Positions 57,584 through 64,000 of a stretch of 64,000 bases of DNA are shown here, one piece after another. Each line of letters opens with the position of its first letter. Within the stretch, counting starts at the first letter, position 1. The stretch comes from a virus. The notes beneath the pieces were generated by a model. The model saw nothing but the letters and a program-made list of their open reading frames with translations, did not search any database and had not been told where the DNA came from. Made by a program: the position numbers and the translations under genes. The DNA is taken from IMG/VR virus record IMGVR_UViG_3300029134_000184; one strand, written 5' to 3'.

Positions 57584-58636
57584 ATGCTATTTTTTATTCT
57601 TATTCTTATTATTGCTGCTGCCGCAGCACTTGCGAGACAGATTCGGATTGTTCCACATCAAATGACATATGTTATTGAACGATTCGGAAAATATTATGAC
57701 ACATGGGAGGATGGCCTGCATGTTAAGATGCCGATTGCGGACAGAATCGTTAAAAAAGTTTCCAAAAAAGAACGCGTTTATGACTTCCCGCCACAGGATG
57801 TCATCACAAAAGATAATGTAACAATCAGTATTGATTCTGTTGTGTATGCAAGCGTCTTCGACCCGCAGAGCTATACATACAGTATTGATAATCCGATTCT
57901 CGGCCTGCAGAACCTGACAGCAACAACACTCAGAAGCATTATCGGTTCTATGGAATTAGACCAGACGCTGTCATCCAGAAGCGAAATTAATCAGCATATG
58001 CGTACTGTCCTTGATGAGGCGACTGATGGCTGGGGTATCAGGGTGTCTCGTGTTGAGGTTAAGAACATCAAACCTCCGGCTGAGATTGAGGAAGTAATGA
58101 CAAAGCAGATGCGTGCAGAACGAGAAAGACGACAGACAGTCCTTGAAGCCCAGGCTCATAAAGAGTCTGTTGTATCCAGAGCAGAAGGAGATAAGCAGGC
58201 AAAGCTTCTTGCAGCAGAAGCTGAAAGAGATGCACAGATTGCCCTTGCAGAAGGACAGGCTAAAGCAATTAAGCTTGTATATGACGCTGAAGCGGAAGGT
58301 ATCAAGCGGCTTGTTAATGCTGGTATTGATGACGGCGTTTTAAGACTGAAATCGATTGAAGCTATGAAGGACGTTGCAAACGGAAGAGCTACAAAAATCT
58401 TCATTCCGAATGATTTGACCGGAAGTATTGGCGCTGCCGGCGTGCTCGGGGAAGCGTTCAGGGAGTATAATGGAGTTCCAGGAGAAAGCGAAAAAGAAAT
58501 AAGAAAAAAATGTGTAACAAAACAGCTTAAAAAAGATGCATGCCTTGACGGTGAAAAGTCAAGAGCAACGTATGGTGCAGCAGTGACAAATGCCAACATT
58601 GAACATGATTTGCATGACTCTGCATTTGAAGCCTAA
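57584..58636 (+). CDS. SPFH/band-7 (stomatin/HflKC-like) membrane protein
   Basis: N-terminal TM. SPFH core IRIVPHQMTYVIERFGKY ... RVSRVEVKNIKPP and a coiled-coil tail. Confidence 0.75.
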   Translation: MLFFILILIIAAAAALARQIRIVPHQMTYVIERFGKYYDTWEDGLHVKMPIADRIVKKVSKKERVYDFPPQDVITKDNVTISIDSVVYASVFDPQSYTYSIDNPILGLQNLTATTLRSIIGSMELDQTLSSRSEINQHMRTVLDEATDGWGIRVSRVEVKNIKPPAEIEEVMTKQMRAERERRQTVLEAQAHKESVVSRAEGDKQAKLLAAEAERDAQIALAEGQAKAIKLVYDAEAEGIKRLVNAGIDDGVLRLKSIEAMKDVANGRATKIFIPNDLTGSIGAAGVLGEAFREYNGVPGESEKEIRKKCVTKQLKKDACLDGEKSRATYGAAVTNANIEHDLHDSAFEA

Positions 58637-58840
58637 CAACAGAAAGAAGCAGTGACAGTTTTCGCGGTCACTGCTTCTTTCTGTTGTTATATTTCTTTTT
58701 CTTAAAAATGTTATTTTTTAAAAATTATTTTGCATATTAGATATGTAACAAAACTGAAGAAATTACATTTTGCCTGTATTTTGAGCCTGTCATTGCTGCT
58801 GCGGCAAGAATCTCACAAAATGATAACAGGAGGAATTTAT

Positions 58841-59689
58841 ATGGCAAGACATAATTATGTAAGCGTCATTGCATTCGTCAGAAAGGAGCCAAAATTTAAA
58901 GATATCATCGATGGCCGTGCAGGAATTGTCGGGCTGACGACAATCATGAGCGGACGAGACTACGAAAAAGCAAAGACCGGTTATCAATTGAATAGTGTAT
59001 CATTCTGTGCAAGGTCACAGGAGAAAGAAATTGTTGAGGAGATGGAGAAGCTACAACTTCTTGATATTGTGGAAATCACAGGATTTCTGGCAACAAGGGA
59101 AGTTGATAAAAAAGAAGAATGCCCATTTTGCAATGCTGTAAACAGAAGGGTTGAAGCATGTGTGGCCAACGGAAAAGTAAAATCCGGAGGTAACGAGATT
59201 TTTGTATATCCAATCACAATCAGGGTAAAGCAGCACTGCAAAAGCGAGCAGGAGGCATTTGAATATCTCCATAAAAACAAGGAAGATGCAAACAGAGTGT
59301 TCATTCTTGGAAACCTGACTGGGCCACCAATTCAGGGTGTGCTTCATGATGGTAAAAAACAGTACACAAGATTTCAGGTTGCCATCAACAGAAAATATTG
59401 TCCGAAAGGCGGCAATGAAATGTATGAGAGGACTGACTACCCCTGGGTATATTCATACGGTGATAAAGCACTTGAAGATTTTCAGAACCTTGAAAAAGGA
59501 GCTCTGGTCTTTGTTGACGGAGCTCTGCAGGCACGAAAATTTAAAGAACAGTACGTATGCGGAGTATGTGGCCAGGAATTTGATGTCAGAGGCAGAACAC
59601 TGGAAGTGCTGTCATATGATACTGAATATTTAAGACTTCCACGACCGGAATTTGAAACAGATGATGCAGACGACGAAGATGACGAATAA
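58841..59689 (+). CDS. hypothetical protein; possible SSB/RPA-like ssDNA-binding protein with zinc ribbon and acidic C-tail
   Basis: Two OB-like halves, CPFCN...C and CGVCG Cys pairs, C-terminal ETDDADDEDDE tail like SSBs. Weak. Confidence 0.3.
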   Translation: MARHNYVSVIAFVRKEPKFKDIIDGRAGIVGLTTIMSGRDYEKAKTGYQLNSVSFCARSQEKEIVEEMEKLQLLDIVEITGFLATREVDKKEECPFCNAVNRRVEACVANGKVKSGGNEIFVYPITIRVKQHCKSEQEAFEYLHKNKEDANRVFILGNLTGPPIQGVLHDGKKQYTRFQVAINRKYCPKGGNEMYERTDYPWVYSYGDKALEDFQNLEKGALVFVDGALQARKFKEQYVCGVCGQEFDVRGRTLEVLSYDTEYLRLPRPEFETDDADDEDDE

Positions 59690-59748
59690 CTTCACGCAGG
59701 GGCTTTGCCCCTGCGTTTTTCTTGTTGTTTTGAAATTAGCATATTAAA

Positions 59749-59763
59749 AGCATAACAAAACAA
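59749..59763 (+). promoter_or_regulatory. element-specific promoter motif GCATATTAAAAGCAT
   Basis: Upstream of RBS AAAGGAG of 59780. Confidence 0.45.
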
Positions 59764-59779
59764 GAAAGGAGCTTTTTAT

Positions 59780-60850
59780 ATGCGAAACTTTAATATGAAC
59801 GCAATCAAAGATTTTTGGGAGGATTATGTAAATTCTTTTGTCGACACAAAAGTAAATCTGCGTAATGCAAAAATATGCCGGATTGACCGGATGATAGGAG
59901 AGAACCTTATAATTCTTGCGACAGATGTAGATACAGGGCTGCAGTATGAACAGAAAATGCATGTTCTGCCTGCGAAACTGACAAAAAGACTGGAACGTAT
60001 CGGATGCTTTTATGAAATTGATAATTATAGATATATTCCGACAGTAGATGTGAAGGGCAGGGTCATTAATGATTACTGTAAGCCGTTAAAGTCTGAGGAT
60101 GATACCAAAAGTACAATCGTGCTTAGCAGGTTTTCTGAAGATGAAGATGTAGCGCGGCTTGCCAGACGTATGAAAAATGCAAGAAACTTGACCTTCGTTT
60201 CAAGACGGCCTTTTGAAGTTATGGACAGCTATGTAACATATAAATATGCAATCCTGGTCGGCATCAAATCTGCAAATAAGCAAACTCAGATTTATGCGAT
60301 TGACATTATGGATGCTCTTTGCAAAAAAGCAGAAAAGACAAAAGCCTTTTCAGGTTATATTGACCAGCAGAAAGCCAATAATGTCAACTTTACATTTACA
60401 TGTAATATTGACAATAGTTCACTGGCTTTAAAGGTATCAGACAGCATCACCGGAAGAAAGTCAATCCAGATTGACATTATTTCAAAAATTAATGGAAGGA
60501 CGTATACCCTTGAAAGCATTGAGATTAACCATCGCAATACAAAATCAGCAGAGTGTATCGCCGATACATTATTCCAAAAAGTGTCACGTTATTTGCAAAA
60601 TCCAGCCAATACCGAAGCGTCACCTGAAGATGTTGAAAAGGTCTGCCTGAAATACATACCCCAGAAAGCGAGAACAAAATTTACAAAAGAAATCAGAAAA
60701 GAAGGTGTAAATGCTGTTGAAGCGGCGTATGATATGATTTCATCAGGGCTTATCTTCAATCTGAAAGGAAAAGTTCACAAAACAAAAGAATATGATGCAG
60801 GAAAAAGAAAAGCAGAGATTGCTTTAGGCCAGATGATGGCTTCCAGATAG
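59780..60850 (+). CDS. hypothetical protein
   Basis: ORF with RBS. No family recognised. Confidence 0.45.
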   Translation: MRNFNMNAIKDFWEDYVNSFVDTKVNLRNAKICRIDRMIGENLIILATDVDTGLQYEQKMHVLPAKLTKRLERIGCFYEIDNYRYIPTVDVKGRVINDYCKPLKSEDDTKSTIVLSRFSEDEDVARLARRMKNARNLTFVSRRPFEVMDSYVTYKYAILVGIKSANKQTQIYAIDIMDALCKKAEKTKAFSGYIDQQKANNVNFTFTCNIDNSSLALKVSDSITGRKSIQIDIISKINGRTYTLESIEINHRNTKSAECIADTLFQKVSRYLQNPANTEASPEDVEKVCLKYIPQKARTKFTKEIRKEGVNAVEAAYDMISSGLIFNLKGKVHKTKEYDAGKRKAEIALGQMMASR

Positions 60851-60936
60851 CATAAAAATTTTATCTCCACGGTTATTACCGTGGAGATATTTTTTCGGCA
60901 TATTGTAAATATACAAAAAGCAGGAGGTTATCAAAG

Positions 60937-61767
60937 ATGGCAAACGAATATTCGAAAGAAAACGTATGGAAGATAATGGAAGACTCAAGAACTGTTAATT
61001 TTATCAGAGCAATCGGACTGCCTGACAGAAAAAATATCCGGATTGATATTGAAACATATACGGCGATTGACGGAGAAGCGAGCCAGGAGCTCGTTGATGA
61101 ACTGCATATCCTGAGACAGGATATGACAAGAAGAACTGCGAAGACCTTAAAGAAGCTTGACGTGACTGCAGAAGAGCTGAAATGCGGGCTTTCTGACGAA
61201 GCGGCAGTAAGACAGGTATCTGAATACCTTCATAAGCATGACGGCGTTGTTGTATCATATGGAACCTGTGCGGTGATATCAGATATTAATAAGATTGCCC
61301 TGGAATTTCAGATTCCGCTTGTAGAAAATAACCAGTTTGATATGAAAAAGATGACAAAGAAATGTGATGAAGACTACCCTGACAAGTCTACGATAGAAAA
61401 CACCAGGGAAGCATTAAAATACTGCTTAAAAAAATACAAAAAGATATACGCAGCAGAGAATAACAAAAAAGCCTGCACGCTGAATTATGCATATTATACT
61501 GAATTTGACACTGTGCGTATGTACAACGAATGGATTTGCTGCAATACATCAATCGGAAATATTTATTACGATACACTTTCGGAGGAATGGGGAATGACCA
61601 AAAAAGAAAGTAAAAAAGTCGGATTCTCTATTGAAAGTGTAGATACTGAGGATGTGAAGAACCAGCTGCTGAAAAAATATTATGTGAAAGACATGGAAGA
61701 ATTAAAAGAAAAGCTGAAAATCAGGTTCGAACTGAAAGAACAGCAAAAATCCGGAATCTCGGCGTAA
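60937..61767 (+). CDS. hypothetical protein
   Basis: Phage promoter at ~60897. RBS AGGAGG. Confidence 0.45.
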   Translation: MANEYSKENVWKIMEDSRTVNFIRAIGLPDRKNIRIDIETYTAIDGEASQELVDELHILRQDMTRRTAKTLKKLDVTAEELKCGLSDEAAVRQVSEYLHKHDGVVVSYGTCAVISDINKIALEFQIPLVENNQFDMKKMTKKCDEDYPDKSTIENTREALKYCLKKYKKIYAAENNKKACTLNYAYYTEFDTVRMYNEWICCNTSIGNIYYDTLSEEWGMTKKESKKVGFSIESVDTEDVKNQLLKKYYVKDMEELKEKLKIRFELKEQQKSGISA

Positions 61768-61861
61768 GTCAACAATAAAATCCTGCGAAAAAATCCGCAG
61801 GATTTTATTTTTTCTGGAAAATTTCAGCATATTGTATGTATCAAACAAAAGGAGAAAAAAT

Positions 61862-62584
61862 ATGGCTAAAAATAATACTTTATATATCGTAATGCCGGCA
61901 TACAACGAAGAAGAAAATATCAGGGATGTTGTGGCGTCATGGTATCCAAAATTAGAGCTTGCTGGAGCAAATTCCAGGCTCGTCGTAGCTGATAGCGGCA
62001 GCAGTGATAAGACACACGAGATTCTTGTTGAGATGAAAAACGAATACCCGCAGCTGGAAATCCTTGAAGAAACAGACAGACAGCATGGGCCAAAAGTTAT
62101 TGCCCTGTATGATTACGCTATCAAAAACGGTGCTGGCTATATCTTCCAGACTGATTCTGATGGACAGACAAAGCCTGAACAGTTTGACCGGTTCTGGGAT
62201 ATCCGTGAGCAATACGATGCCGTGATTGGGCACAGAACAAGAAGAGAGGATGGAAGAAGCCGTGCTTTCGTAGAGAAGGTGGTATGCATGATGCTTAAAA
62301 TGTATTTCGGTGTTAAGGTGCCGGATGCAAATGCACCGTTCAGACTGATGAAAGCCGATGTTGTAAAAAAATATCTTTACAATATGGAGCCGGATTTCAA
62401 TCTGCCTAACATTATGATGACAACATTTTTCGTATATTACGGCGAAAATGTTAAATTTAAGCCAATCGCGTTCAAACCGAGGGAAAAAGGTACTAATTCA
62501 ATAAACATCAAAAAAATTATCAAAATTGGATGGAAAGCACAAAAAGATTTCAGAAAATTTAAGAAAAAAATGGCTGAAGAATAA
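61862..62584 (+). CDS. family-2 glycosyltransferase (DPM1-like)
   Basis: LYIVMPAYNEEENI N-terminal GT2 motif and DSDGQ (DxD-like). Confidence 0.7.
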   Translation: MAKNNTLYIVMPAYNEEENIRDVVASWYPKLELAGANSRLVVADSGSSDKTHEILVEMKNEYPQLEILEETDRQHGPKVIALYDYAIKNGAGYIFQTDSDGQTKPEQFDRFWDIREQYDAVIGHRTRREDGRSRAFVEKVVCMMLKMYFGVKVPDANAPFRLMKADVVKKYLYNMEPDFNLPNIMMTTFFVYYGENVKFKPIAFKPREKGTNSINIKKIIKIGWKAQKDFRKFKKKMAEE

Positions 62585-62627
62585 TTTAAAAAAACGTTAC
62601 ACTTTTTAAATTATTTTGCATATTGAA

Positions 62628-62642
62628 TGCGTAACAAAAAAT
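62628..62642 (+). promoter_or_regulatory. element-specific promoter motif GCATATTGAATGCGT driving the ORF-free 3' region
   Basis: Preceded by the TTTTTAAATTATTTT upstream element, like other copies. Confidence 0.45.
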
Positions 62643-62644
62643 GA

Positions 62645-64000
62645 GATTAACGAAGAACGGGAAACATCCGGCTGACGATAAATTGTCTGATGGTTAAACG
62701 TTCCGGTTTTAGCTTCGTATGCGGGTCTGAATCCCGTTCGGGGCTTCTTGATAGCGACTCCGGCAGAACCGGGGCATAAGACTACAAAGAACAAAAAGCA
62801 GTAAACGCCGTGAGGTGATTGCTGTGTAACTATCAACTCCGTAATCCCTACATAGAGATTACGATGTGGCGTTGATGTGTTGTACAAAGAAGCAGTGTAC
62901 GAAAGGATGCCTGTGGAAATGCATCGCGTCAAACTGAATATAGAGGTGTCACCCCTACCAAGGGGGCGCTCAGAGATACAAAACAGTGAGTTTGTTCGGC
63001 ACTGGATGCAGATAAGGTGAAGCGGGGTATGAACCCTGCGATTAGTTGACATTGAGACGGAACAGAAAACGGAACCGGTATAGGATACGGTAGCCCCAAT
63101 TGTTCCAGACCTGCAATCTGAAGCGTGATGAGAACGAGACATATGCCGCAGTAATGCGGAGCAAGCGCCGGGGCTTAGGTGTGTCGGCTGGCTAAAAAAA
63201 CGTTAAGTGTTGCATTGCGGAAACAGTATTGCAGGGAGCTTAGAAAACCGGCTTTGGTCTTGGGCTGGTGGCTTCCAAAGAGGGTGTGGAGCGTTTCAGG
63301 CCCTCAGCCTAAGGCGTAGTTGTATGCGCTAACGGTACAAGTTGTTGTACTGGTTAAATGTAGGACGCGGGGGAGTACGTGAGTAATCCAAGAGTCCTTA
63401 ATACTTAACTTAACTTTGATTTGAATAATATATAATAATAACGTAATAACTTACATAGCTTAGATTACAGGCACGAATGCACAGTCAGCTTTAGAGCTGA
63501 CGAGAACGGATGCTTGACGAAAACGTCATGATGTGAGGGATGTGCAATAAGGTTCAGCCTTAGACCACGTCAGGTGATGGCAGAGATGCTTAAACCGTGC
63601 ATCTGGTTATATTCAGGTATAACACTATCAAGACCGCAGATGAGCGATGGCCCGACGTAGACGGACTACATCTTATCTGACATAGTTTCTTTCTTCTTCC
63701 GCGTGGACGCCCCGCTATAGGGGTAGTCTGCGCCTGATGCAAAGGAGAAACTATGCCAATTCGCTCCGGCACCTCAGTTCCGGACTGCATCACCGCGAAC
63801 GAAACTTTATTGGTAAGATTGAGATTTACTGGCTCAAGAAGTATATTGGCAGCCAATGCCACGAAAGGTGATGAAGGCAGGAACGAAAGAACGGGATGTA
63901 GTACAACTACCAGTACATAAAATGGTATTGGAAAGCCGGAGCGAAATCGCGAAATGATGTAGTACAGTAAAGGCTTTATAAATCTTAGGTGATACCGTGA
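62645..64000 (+). ncRNA. large structured non-coding RNA candidate (>1.3 kb, continues past window end)
   Basis: No credible ORF on either strand. GC noticeably higher than the flanks. Dense local stem-forming segments (e.g. GCGGGTCTGAATCCCGTTCGGGGC, GACGCCCCGCTATAGGGGTAGTC). Promoter motif directly upstream. Confidence 0.4.

Noticed and set aside
62606-63142. 178-aa - strand ORF inside the 3' ORF-free region
   Set aside because: No RBS or promoter. Low-complexity Ser/Cys/Thr-rich product. Lies in a GC-rich region that tends to give long spurious ORFs. Region better explained as structured RNA.
62645-64000. rRNA, tRNA, tmRNA or RNase P RNA
   Set aside because: Searched by eye for tRNA T-loop (GGTTCGAATCC-like), tmRNA 3' end, RNase P GGAAAGTCCGG and rRNA signatures. 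None found. I cannot exclude divergent versions without a covariance-model scan.

Overview
This 64-kb window is AT-rich (about 38% GC), gene-dense and almost entirely transcribed on the + strand. Nearly every gene follows a strong Firmicutes-type Shine-Dalgarno (often CAAGAAAGGAG) and most are preceded, 25-45 nt upstream of the start codon, by the same conserved motif TTTTGCATATTRWATRT. This motif occurs more than 45 times and is sometimes the perfect palindrome GCATATTAAATATGC. I read the window as part of a large phage or phage-like mobile element of a low-GC Gram-positive (Clostridia-like) host; that is an inference, because no capsid or terminase genes lie in this window.

Recognisable content:
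- An anaerobic ribonucleotide reductase NrdD interrupted by a LAGLIDADG intein, with NrdG.
- RtcB RNA ligase and a YhaM-like OB+HD exoribonuclease.
- A remarkable set of host-like envelope genes: SecY+SecE, signal peptidase I, FtsH, an SPFH/band-7 protein, a class-B sortase followed by two NVKTG/VETG-type sorting-signal surface proteins, two secreted HExxH (anthrax-LF-like) metalloproteases, three BspA-type LRR proteins, lipoproteins and a GT2 glycosyltransferase.
- Two sigma-70-family factors, a Sir2 deacetylase, a J-domain protein, an S24 peptidase and an Rpn/YhgA-like nuclease.
- Two TnpB-type RuvC nucleases. One carries an 80-aa N-terminal extension that is duplicated elsewhere as a free-standing gene; the other has lost its zinc finger.

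The most system-like novelties I see are:
- (i) a textbook type III toxin-antitoxin architecture (sigma70 promoter, 3.3 tandem 53-55-nt repeats, terminator, ToxN/AbiQ-like gene) at 24.1-24.9 kb;
- (ii) a type I TA-like module (49-aa hydrophobic/polybasic peptide on the - strand with a convergent antisense sRNA, both from canonical sigma70 promoters inside an inverted-repeat-bounded cassette) at 31.25-31.72 kb;
- (iii) a 1.4-kb ORF-free, GC-rich, obviously structured region at the 3' end of the window, driven by the element-specific promoter (large ncRNA candidate).

The window also contains several families of intergenic repeats and hairpin elements, and patches of gene fragments. Coordinates of re-assigned starts may be off by 1-2 nt because I cannot index the sequence by machine.
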